Positions 54,456-62,334 of a stretch of 64,000 nucleotides of DNA are shown one piece after another (positions within the stretch are counted from its first letter, which is position 1; every line of letters starts with the position of its first letter). Under the pieces are notes generated by a model. That model ran no database searches. It was not told the origin of the DNA and saw nothing but the letters and a program-made list of their open reading frames with translations. The position numbers and the translations under genes were made by a program. The stretch comes from a virus (Duplodnaviria > Caudoviricetes). The stretch is from the IMG/VR virus record IMGVR_UViG_2906128962_000004, positions 1-64,000 of that record; one strand, given 5' to 3'.

Positions 54456-54958
54456 TATTCACCCCGGGCAGCTTTAAAAGCAGCTTGCATCAGGTCATAC
54501 AAGTCGCAGCCATTATTTTCCTGGTACAACTTCTCCCAGTTATCCCAGTGACGAGCAACGGCCATCCATTCCGGTCCACAGTCGTTCATTTTATAAATAA
54601 TCCCCTTAAATTCAGGGACAGCCTCGACCATTTTCAGACATCGACCAAAATCATCCGGGTCCCTTGGGTAATTAGGTTCTGGTTGACGTCTTCCCCACCA
54701 GTGACCAAAACCCCCGCCACTTAGAATCCAGGCCATGTAAAGGCTGCTGCTACCGGTTTCGTCACAGTTTAACCACGCCTCAAGCCCCATCTTTGCAGAC
54801 GCCGGTACATAAGGGCGGCCAAATTCAGCGACAATAATATTTGCGGCTTCGATTATCTTGTTGAAGCGATGATCAACGGCAATACCTGGGTGTTGACGGC
54901 TCAGTTCATTAGTAATAGCGGTAATCAGATTAATTTGGTTTATCTGATAACTCTTCAT
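54455..54958 (-). CDS. Conserved phage hypothetical protein
   Basis: ETGSSSLYMA...YPRDPDDFGRCLKMVEAVPE. Confidence 0.7.
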   Translation of the reverse strand: MKSYQINQINLITAITNELSRQHPGIAVDHRFNKIIEAANIIVAEFGRPYVPASAKMGLEAWLNCDETGSSSLYMAWILSGGGFGHWWGRRQPEPNYPRDPDDFGRCLKMVEAVPEFKGIIYKMNDCGPEWMAVARHWDNWEKLYQENNGCDLYDLMQAAFKAARGE

Positions 54959-55650
54959 AAAGATGTGCTCCTTCGAATGGCCAGAAATTTATTGATGGCC
55001 GGGGTTAGTAACTTCTGAAGCGCGGGAGTATTCCTCTCTGGGCATTGAGATGCCCTCACCTTTTCCATGTATTCTTTCCCGGCTTCGACATCACATTCAC
55101 TTACGTTGATGTTTTCAGAGCCAACGAGCCAGGACGCAGATCGTTTACCTCCGGGGAAATTGAAATAAACCCGATGGCCTTCATCCCATTCCTTATAGGC
55201 ATGGACATTAGTGATGCCGGGAAACCGGGTTAGTGCGATCTGTTTAACCTCAGCTAATTTTTCCGCTGCTTCTACACGTTCCTGTCTCCAGCGTTCTTCC
55301 TGGGCCTGATGGTTTTGCTGGCACTCTTTATCGCAAAAGATGCTTTGGCCGTCCCAAACACGTTCCTTATGGCCTTCAGCGCTGACCATAGAGCTGCAAT
55401 ATGTGCACTCTTGCCACCAGCCGAACTCTTCAATAAGAACTTTCATCGGGACCTTGTGCTCACCAGCGTATTTGTCCAACTCTGGCATCCTGCGACAGGA
55501 TGTAACCTGGCCGAATTCAATGCCGAGCTCATTAGCCCCGTTACGACGTGCAACAACATTGCTGCGAGCGAATACCACACATCCGTACTCATCGCCCTGC
55601 ACGCTGTACGCGAGCAGTGGCTTTTCATCCTCGTGAGAGTTTGTATCCAT
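54955..55650 (-). CDS. Conserved phage hypothetical protein with Zn finger
   Basis: Likely start MDTNSHED; GWWQECTYC...FCDKEC. Confidence 0.7.
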   Translation of the reverse strand: MDTNSHEDEKPLLAYSVQGDEYGCVVFARSNVVARRNGANELGIEFGQVTSCRRMPELDKYAGEHKVPMKVLIEEFGWWQECTYCSSMVSAEGHKERVWDGQSIFCDKECQQNHQAQEERWRQERVEAAEKLAEVKQIALTRFPGITNVHAYKEWDEGHRVYFNFPGGKRSASWLVGSENINVSECDVEAGKEYMEKVRASQCPERNTPALQKLLTPAINKFLAIRRSTSL

Positions 55651-55662
55651 AACATCACCATA

Positions 55663-55678
55663 AATTAGTATTATCTGT
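55663..55678 (-). promoter_or_regulatory. Candidate C1-type operator
   Basis: Minus strand ACAGATAATACTAATT. Confidence 0.7.
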
Positions 55679-55816
55679 AATGATACATGCAGAGTTAACT
55701 CGGTATCCATGGTAATTTTTGCGGGAAATGATATTTTTTTTGAGTGCTTATCGCAGATCAATATTGACGAGGGGCAAACAGTGAAGTGATAGAGGCAATG
55801 TTGCTGGCCATGCCAT

Positions 55817-55882
55817 AAGGATATACAAAAAACATACTTAGTACATCCTTTGGGAATCTATTGTATGCCTTATGTAATCCCA
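55817..55882. repeat. GGATGTA-type repeat array
   Basis: GGATATAC 55819, GTACATCC 55841, GGGAATCT, GTAATCC. Confidence 0.55.
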
Positions 55883-55883
55883 T

Positions 55884-55909
55884 AAAAAAGCCCATCACAA
55901 AGGATGGGC
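55884..55909 (-). terminator. Rho-independent terminator after the tRNA cluster
   Basis: GCCCATC-N6-GATGGGC-T6. Confidence 0.8.
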
Positions 55910-55936
55910 AAAGACTACACACAGCAATTCAATGTC

Positions 55937-56067
55937 GTTGCAGCGCTGGGACTCGAACCCAGATAACGTCCGGCCGGACCGCATGAGATACCCCAGGTTA
56001 TGATCCTTGGGTAGAGCTCAACTCCCCCTTCAGGGGGCGCTCTGTTCCAATTAAGCTACACCACAAC
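55937..56067 (-). ncRNA. Enlarged tRNA-like RNA (131 nt)
   Basis: Acceptor-like stem, D arm TAGCTTAATTGGAACAGAGC, T arm CTGGG-TTCGAGT-CCCAG, three internal hairpins. Confidence 0.55.
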
Positions 56068-56224
56068 TGGAAGCGCACTTCCAAGTAACAAACCTTCCCC
56101 AAAGTTAATAAAAAGGAGTGCGCTTTCATGTTGTGTGCCGGTTACGGTTCCGGCCAGGCCTCTTCCTCAACGGGGTGTTCTCCATACGGATTACCGTTTA
56201 TTGGTCGTTCCTGCGGTTATATTG

Positions 56225-56300
56225 TGGTGGCCCCTGCCGGATTTGAACCGGCGACCTATCGATTATGAGTCGACAGCTCTAACCACTGAGCTAAAGGGCC
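56225..56300 (-). tRNA. tRNA-Ile2 (CAT anticodon, lysidine type; ileX-like)
   Basis: GGCCCTTTAGCTCAGTGGTTAGAGCTGTCGACTCATAATCGATAGGTCGCCGGTTCAAATCCGGCAGGGGCCACCA; 76 nt, encoded CCA; resembles E. coli ileX rather than met tRNAs. Confidence 0.9.
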
Positions 56301-56422
56301 AAAAGTGCCGGAGCTTATCCCGGCGCGGCCACTCAGGCGATTGGTCTACCTGGCCGCTGGCGTCTTCTCATGGATGACAACTAACCCAACCAAACTTGCG
56401 TCACGTTTGCACCGTGAAAGCG

Positions 56423-56833
56423 CTACAAGGACTGCCGACCTTTTCGCGCCAGCGCTTCGACCATACCCAGACAAAGATCTGCACCAGGCCGGTACTCAGC
56501 GCTTAACCCCTCTTCAACAGACTTTTTAAGCTCTGCCAGAAGTTTATCCATACCATCAGCTTCAAATTGACGAATGGCTTTGGTAGTGGTGGTCGCATGG
56601 TTACAACCGCGCACTGCCAAAGACAGCCGTTCCTTAATAACCTCCGCACGATCTTCCTTACCGTGCACAATATTCATCACAACTTCAAACAGGGCGAGTA
56701 ATCCCGCCCCTTCTGCTGCGAGCTCATTACGCTGGCGAACGAGCTCATCAATACTTTTATGCACACGCGCCAGCGTATCTTCGATTTGGTTTTTACTAAT
56801 CATTTCCTGCTCTGCGGGCTTCAACGATAGCAA
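56423..56833 (-). CDS. Hypothetical coiled-coil protein
   Basis: 136 aa ORF; start uncertain. Confidence 0.55.
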   Translation of the reverse strand: MLSLKPAEQEMISKNQIEDTLARVHKSIDELVRQRNELAAEGAGLLALFEVVMNIVHGKEDRAEVIKERLSLAVRGCNHATTTTKAIRQFEADGMDKLLAELKKSVEEGLSAEYRPGADLCLGMVEALARKGRQSL

Positions 56834-57614
56834 CCTTCTTAAGGGTGCTGAGGCGGTTTACTTCGCTTTTAGCCGGTTTATGCGGATAGTAAATAAAATT
56901 GTCTTTATGAATCCGCTCATCAAAGAAACGAATACGAAAACGCTCACCATCACGCCAGGTCAGACGCGGAACAAGGGTTTCGTCAGAGGGGTAATTCACA
57001 TCGCCGCGTTCAGTGAAAGAACAATACTCATCAGTGATTCGGCGGGAGTTTATGCCATCGCTTTCAAATAGATGTACGCGGCATTTATTGGTATCAGACT
57101 GGTAATGCGCATAGTGCTCAGCAAATTGCTCTTGGGTCGGACGATCCTGGTAGTGAACATAATACGCTTCCATATCTCCATAACGGTCGAATGGCTCAAC
57201 GCTGATGCGCCATGGATAACCTTCCATCCAGTACTTGCTTTTCGACTTAATGAAGTTTTGAACCTTACGCAACGGGACTTCGATACCTGGAATACTGATT
57301 TCTTCAATGGATGGCATCGCGGCAATTTTCACCGGTTCTGATGATGCCTTAGCAACCGGCGTTGCTGGTGTATTAGTTGCGGGTAATTCAGGTGTTACTA
57401 CGGCCGGTGCGGCTTCGATTGCTACTGCGGGTTGCTCTTCTGGTGCTGTTTGCGCTCCCGCCTTATTAACCATTGTCCAGAGCGTGAGGAACTGGAAGCC
57501 CTCTTCGGATGTGAGCGTTTTGTTCGTCATAATCGCGAACATGTTCACTGCACGTTCCATTACATCCAGGGTTGGAGCCTCAAGTTCTGGGGCATACATC
57601 TGCTGAGCCATCAT
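56796..57614 (-). CDS. Hypothetical protein
   Basis: 272 aa with Ala/Pro linker. Confidence 0.65.
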   Translation of the reverse strand: MMAQQMYAPELEAPTLDVMERAVNMFAIMTNKTLTSEEGFQFLTLWTMVNKAGAQTAPEEQPAVAIEAAPAVVTPELPATNTPATPVAKASSEPVKIAAMPSIEEISIPGIEVPLRKVQNFIKSKSKYWMEGYPWRISVEPFDRYGDMEAYYVHYQDRPTQEQFAEHYAHYQSDTNKCRVHLFESDGINSRRITDEYCSFTERGDVNYPSDETLVPRLTWRDGERFRIRFFDERIHKDNFIYYPHKPAKSEVNRLSTLKKVAIVEARRAGND

Positions 57615-57675
57615 ATGAATATCCTTCGGTTAATCTTTGTTTTATGCGTCGTTGACTTTAACGCAACGAAAACCA

Positions 57676-57691
57676 ACAGACAATACTAATT
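57676..57691 (+). promoter_or_regulatory. Candidate C1-type operator
   Basis: ACAGACAATACTAATT. Confidence 0.65.
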
Positions 57692-57750
57692 GATTGGTTA
57701 TTTCATTGAAGAATGCCTGCATTTATTCAGCAGGCAATCAAGTTATCGGC

Positions 57751-59046
57751 TTATTGAAGACCTTGTGGAGGGAAAGAAACGTTTAGTTTGCCGTTCTCTT
57801 TTTCCCATTCATCCACCAGCTTACGGCACACTTTATGCAACATGGCCGCAGATTTACTGCCGATCCCCTTAACCTTCGCCAGTTCAGGCTCGCTAAACAT
57901 CAGAACATGCCGCAGATTCTGGAACGGGGTGTCATGGTTATGGAGCGCTTTCAAGACGGCGGCCGGGATGCCTTCAACATCTTCCAGGCTGACACTGTTA
58001 GCCCAATCAACACGCTTCAGTAAGTGTGGGTGAGTGGTAGCCATATCATCCCTGTACATCTCCTGCAGGTCTTCGTACATACCTTCTGGCCATACGTCAG
58101 CCACCAGCGGATCAATTCGATATTCCGGGCGCAGCCATTCGTTTAGATGCACTGTCGCGCCAATACCAAGCGTGCAGAGTATGTTATAGGTAAAATCCAA
58201 CGTGTTCACATAGCGCGGGTAGTCTTCGGGGTCCTGGTGAATCAGGCTGCCGCGGAAGAAACGATGCATAGTGAAGCGGATCGGCTGGCCATCAGCTTTT
58301 TTAGTGTCATAGCAATATTCCGCCGCCTTACCGTTAGCTCTCTGCATTCTCCGCTGCAGCTCTTCGATTTCATTACGTGCAGATTCAAGGCCAGCCATAA
58401 GTACCGAGTTGTTTTTGGACAACTCTGAATTGGTAATGCGCTGCTGGTTCAGTTTCTGACTCGTACTCTTCAGGGTCTCACGTGTCTCTCGAAGCTCTTT
58501 TTTAGCTTCGGCATTTTTCTTTTTGAGCTTATCCGGTTCCATAATTTCGAGCTCTCTGAGACGGCTCGAAATACGCTTTTCACGCAGGGCATAAGTTTCA
58601 ACCTGCGACCGTAGCTCTGTAATTTTATTTTTCAGAAGTTCGTCAGCATGCTCCAGCTGCTGAATCCGAACGACATGATTCTCTACAGCAGTGTCTACTG
58701 CTTCCTGAATTTCCTTATCGAGATTTTCGGCACGTCCTGCGAGGATCTCGTTTTGCTCACGCAATGCGTCGTTATCCAACTGCAGCAGCTTTTGGGCCTC
58801 AAGACGCGACTGGGCAAGCTCAAGCGCTTCGTTGTATTGGTCAATGTCGTCACCGGCTGCGTCGGCAATTTCCTGAGCCAGCATACGAAGACTGTCGATA
58901 CAGTTCTGGATGTAACGGGTAGACATATCGTCGCCCTTTACGCGCTTTATGGCGTAATCGAGCTGGACAATGCTACTTGTGAAGCCCTCATTGATCAGAT
59001 CAATCAGGTTAGGCGCTTCCTCTTTGATATCGGTATTTACGGACAT
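57751..59046 (-). CDS. Coiled-coil protein with C-terminal HhH-like motif, P1 PmgS-like
   Basis: LDF.Y...C..G....HLNEWL.P...RVDWA...WEKENG pattern recalled from P1-like genomes; LAKVKGIG. Confidence 0.65.
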   Translation of the reverse strand: MSVNTDIKEEAPNLIDLINEGFTSSIVQLDYAIKRVKGDDMSTRYIQNCIDSLRMLAQEIADAAGDDIDQYNEALELAQSRLEAQKLLQLDNDALREQNEILAGRAENLDKEIQEAVDTAVENHVVRIQQLEHADELLKNKITELRSQVETYALREKRISSRLRELEIMEPDKLKKKNAEAKKELRETRETLKSTSQKLNQQRITNSELSKNNSVLMAGLESARNEIEELQRRMQRANGKAAEYCYDTKKADGQPIRFTMHRFFRGSLIHQDPEDYPRYVNTLDFTYNILCTLGIGATVHLNEWLRPEYRIDPLVADVWPEGMYEDLQEMYRDDMATTHPHLLKRVDWANSVSLEDVEGIPAAVLKALHNHDTPFQNLRHVLMFSEPELAKVKGIGSKSAAMLHKVCRKLVDEWEKENGKLNVSFPPQGLQ

Positions 59047-59058
59047 GGCAATTCCTCG

Positions 59059-59283
59059 TTAAGACAAGCTTTCGGCTTCTTTTACTGTCATTCGGCCCAG
59101 ATGAGACGCTGACAGGAGCGGTGTATTAGGGGGAAAGTTCTCTTGCTGGGCAGCGACAGCTATCTCCATGGGTGTTAACCGGCGTTTCTTTCTTTTGCTC
59201 TGGTAGATGATGGATTGGAACCCTTTATCTGTGTAAAAACAGAGGGACCAGAAGTGATAGCGGCGTTGGAATAATTGAAACAT
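59059..59283 (-). CDS. Small hypothetical protein (P1 PmgR-like position)
   Basis: 74 aa, SHLGRMT motif. Confidence 0.55.
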   Translation of the reverse strand: MFQLFQRRYHFWSLCFYTDKGFQSIIYQSKRKKRRLTPMEIAVAAQQENFPPNTPLLSASHLGRMTVKEAESLS

Positions 59284-59293
59284 GCTAAACCCT

Positions 59294-59345
59294 ACAGACC
59301 ATACTAATTGATTAATGATGATAACGAAAAATTAGTATGGTTTGT
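59294..59345. promoter_or_regulatory. Inverted pair of candidate C1-type operators
   Basis: ACAGACCATACTAATT (+, 59294-59309) and ACAAACCATACTAATT (-, 59330-59345). Confidence 0.7.
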
Positions 59346-59386
59346 AATGTTATTTGCCTATTTTATTAGATTTATGCCCGGGTTAT

Positions 59387-60097
59387 TTATGATGAAGGTG
59401 AGGAATAGTACAGAAATGGCGGTAACCAGGACTCACCGCAATCATACGGCCGGGGCTGGCCATGGAACACTACAACACCCGCGGTCGCCGGAAGAGAGCC
59501 GTTGCCACGAGAATAACGCTCGGTAGCCCACTTACTCTCACCAAATTTTGCAATATCTGCTTTGTAGCTTACAAACAGTTCAGGGTAGAGATCCTGCCAG
59601 CGTCGGCAATCACCAATAACACCCCGGATAAACCCCTGATCCCCCCATTTTGACGTCACTGTACACTCTGCAACATGCCGAGCGGAGTCATTCCAGAAAG
59701 TATTCCAGAGCCTCGCTTTTACGTTGTTAGGGATATACATGACAGAACTCATCAGGTATTCGGGGTGATAGAAATCAGTGAGCATCACCATGGTGTTGCC
59801 GGTAGTCTTCAGCAGTTTGCTAATATTGCCGACGATGACTGTATCGAGGTCAAAATAGAGCAGATCGTCAGTAATATCAGGGCGGAAGAGATCTATCTTC
59901 GCCCACCAGCCGTGCATACCGCGATAAGAGTTACTCAGTGGGACACACTCCACACGGTCCATAACAAACGGAGTATCGGTGAAACAGATAATTTTGTAGC
60001 CGGTCGGCAGCTGCGCTACCAGAGTTTTAACGTGATCGACGGTATAGTCACCACCGGAACGCAGCACCAGGGCTATCGTTAAGCGTTTTTTAGCCAT
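59387..60097 (-). CDS. GT-A fold glycosyltransferase (DxD)
   Basis: GWWAKIDLF...LYFDLDTVIVG...WGDQGFI...VVFHGQPRP. Confidence 0.8.
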   Translation of the reverse strand: MAKKRLTIALVLRSGGDYTVDHVKTLVAQLPTGYKIICFTDTPFVMDRVECVPLSNSYRGMHGWWAKIDLFRPDITDDLLYFDLDTVIVGNISKLLKTTGNTMVMLTDFYHPEYLMSSVMYIPNNVKARLWNTFWNDSARHVAECTVTSKWGDQGFIRGVIGDCRRWQDLYPELFVSYKADIAKFGESKWATERYSRGNGSLPATAGVVVFHGQPRPYDCGESWLPPFLYYSSPSS

Positions 60098-60684
60098 TGT
60101 TTTAAGCTCATTTGTGGGATGGAATTCAGTTTCCCGCACGAGACAACGTTTATCTGCGGGAGAGCGGAGCGGAACAGTAACGGGAGATGAGATAAGTTAT
60201 TCGGAATCCCTCCGCTATGTACCCGCGGTTCCTGTGTGGCATCAACGCCAACAAGAGCGACGTTTTTAAACCCCAGGTGATACGCCAGACCGAGCGCCCC
60301 CCAGGCTGAGTTACCGTTGTGGATCTTGGTCTCATCCTCAGAGAGGGTTTTCTTGGCTGACCACCGCCATAACCACCATTCGGGGCTGCCTTTAATACGC
60401 GGCTCAGGTCCCTGCTCCCCTACCCGCTCAAACGAATGAACGTGGTTGGTTACCGGCGCACCAGCTGAGCAATAGTGCACGTTACGACGTCGAATGCGCA
60501 GCCGACGTATGTTGTCGCGTGATGGGTCTAACGTGAAGAAATACGAGGCACGTGACAGCCAATCAATAGCGCCATTAACCGCAATAATTGGTACGCCGCG
60601 TGGTGGAACAAAACCAGCCGCTGAAGGGCCGGAAGCCACGATGATCACCCGATCACCGCCTCGAGGCTTTTTATAGGAAAGCAT
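60079..60684 (-). CDS. DUF115/Maf-like nucleotide-sugar-transferase-fold protein
   Basis: IIVASGPS...IAVN...NSAWGALGLAYHLG...LVGVD. Confidence 0.65.
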   Translation of the reverse strand: MLSYKKPRGGDRVIIVASGPSAAGFVPPRGVPIIAVNGAIDWLSRASYFFTLDPSRDNIRRLRIRRRNVHYCSAGAPVTNHVHSFERVGEQGPEPRIKGSPEWWLWRWSAKKTLSEDETKIHNGNSAWGALGLAYHLGFKNVALVGVDATQEPRVHSGGIPNNLSHLPLLFRSALPQINVVSCGKLNSIPQMSLKQWLKNA

Positions 60685-61190
60685 GTAAGTTCAGTTCTCC
60701 GGGAACAGTTGATTATGTCGATATGCGATAGCTCTTCCCGCACACCGGCGAATTCGCGGTGCCACTTCTTAACACTGAGTTGAGATGGATTACGTAAATT
60801 GCCGGTATGGCGCCCGTGAAAATGGACACCCCGGCGTATAGAGCAGTCATATCCGATCAGGTAGATATGTTTTGCTCCAAGACTGGCGGCAAACTGAATG
60901 GCCATTGAACCAGAATTGAATTCAACCTCTGGCGCGCCAAAGCGCTGGTATTCGATACCGTAGAGAACGCTTGCCGACCGGGAAGCAGTGCAGCGCCTGA
61001 TATTCTCAGGAACGCTTTTTCCATAACGACGCCACCAGTCTTCATCCCCAGCAAACAATGCATACGGCTGTCTGAACATGCTGTATGCGTTGTTAACTGC
61101 AACAACTGGGTATCCCCGTTCTTCTATTCGTTCGCAATCCACTTTTTTCAACGATGGTCCTGAAGCGACACAAAAAACTTCATTAAACAA
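60645..61190 (-). CDS. DUF115/Maf-like protein, paralog of previous
   Basis: CVASGPSL...VAVNN...NSGSMAIQFAASLG...LIGYDC...HFHG...INCS. Confidence 0.7.
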   Translation of the reverse strand: MFNEVFCVASGPSLKKVDCERIEERGYPVVAVNNAYSMFRQPYALFAGDEDWWRRYGKSVPENIRRCTASRSASVLYGIEYQRFGAPEVEFNSGSMAIQFAASLGAKHIYLIGYDCSIRRGVHFHGRHTGNLRNPSQLSVKKWHREFAGVREELSHIDIINCSRRTELTCFPIKSLEAVIG

Positions 61191-61207
61191 CGTGAGCTCC
61201 GTGAAGA

Positions 61208-61441
61208 TCAGGAGGATTGTTTTTCACCACCAGCATCGATGGAGATATTCGCTGCAGAGATCTCGATATGTGTCGGGGTCCTGATTTGTACCGGCTTGTC
61301 AGACACCACACTTACACGGCCATCGCCGAAAATGGTGATGCTACTGCCGTTTGCTTCTACGTGAAGAGCTTCACGCTCAGGCACGCGAACGGTGATTACT
61401 TCAATCTCTTCCGGGATATCGAGAACAGGATCTTGAGTCAT
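61208..61441 (-). CDS. Hypothetical beta-rich protein
   Basis: 77 aa, GAGG RBS. Confidence 0.6.
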   Translation of the reverse strand: MTQDPVLDIPEEIEVITVRVPEREALHVEANGSSITIFGDGRVSVVSDKPVQIRTPTHIEISAANISIDAGGEKQSS

Positions 61442-61551
61442 TAGAACCTCATTAGCAGTGATAGCGGTGCGGTTTACAGCCGCACCGGTTGGATTAATGA
61501 GGGAATTAAAACATAAGTTAACTCATAAAAATACTAAACATGCGCTTAGTT

Positions 61552-62145
61552 TTACTCTGTCGAAATTGACTGCCCCGGCTCCAGCAACCAGTACCTCAAC
61601 GTCATCTTCACCATCATTTCCCAGCCAACAACGATCTCATAGCAATACCCCTGCTCTCTCAATCGCTGTTGCCACTCCAGTTGTTCTGGTGTTGGTTTCC
61701 CTTTGCCAAACTTCAACTCAAGACGAAGGCCATGATATACACCGCGGGCGGCATCGAGCGTGGCGTCAGGATAGCCTTTCTTCTGGCCCTCGGCCTTCAT
61801 GTCAAAACCTACCTTATCCGAACGCGCACCACCATTAGGCGTAGCGTGCAGGAGATCGTAAATTTCGCGATGTTTCCGATGCATAAAATCGAAGTAACGC
61901 ACCTGGTCCCAGTGCTCATAGTTACCCTTGAGTAGCTCGGGCTTGTTCGCCAGCTGCGTCAGCGCTTTTGCATGAACTGACGGAGCAAGATCTTGCTCTA
62001 ACCGGGCAATCACTGAAGCCATCTTACCCTTTGGTACACTGATAATATCGGGTATACCGTCAGAACGCTTTTTCCCTGACTTCTTCAGGCGGCCATTCTT
62101 ATCCCGACCGGTGGACTCCAGCCAGCGCTCATCAAATCGAAGCAC
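61552..62145 (-). CDS. VRR-NUC domain nuclease
   Basis: HATPNGG...GYPD...LELKFGKGKPTPEQLEW; GTG start after GGAG. Confidence 0.85.
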   Translation of the reverse strand: MLRFDERWLESTGRDKNGRLKKSGKKRSDGIPDIISVPKGKMASVIARLEQDLAPSVHAKALTQLANKPELLKGNYEHWDQVRYFDFMHRKHREIYDLLHATPNGGARSDKVGFDMKAEGQKKGYPDATLDAARGVYHGLRLELKFGKGKPTPEQLEWQQRLREQGYCYEIVVGWEMMVKMTLRYWLLEPGQSISTE

Positions 62146-62334
62146 AACTTTTCTCCAGTATGTGAATGTTTCTAATAATATTACTCGCTGCATACATATA
62201 GTACTAAATAATCGGTAAGTGCAGTACATAGGCAAGATCATAACTTGACAATTACTATGTAAATCTATTGCCATAACCACATGAAATTTATAAGTTAATG
62301 GTATCGTGCCTATATGTTTACCCAGGATATCACA

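Noticed and set aside
56225-56300. Calling the CAT tRNA a tRNA-Met
   Set aside because: The body matches the ileX type (GGCCC start, GGGGCCA end) rather than initiator or elongator Met tRNAs
23165-61190. A 5mC to 5hmC to glycosyl DNA hypermodification pathway linking the C5-MTase and the glycosyltransferases
   Set aside because: No TET/JBP dioxygenase or hydroxymethylase is recognisable in the window and the genes are not clustered; kept only as an open possibility
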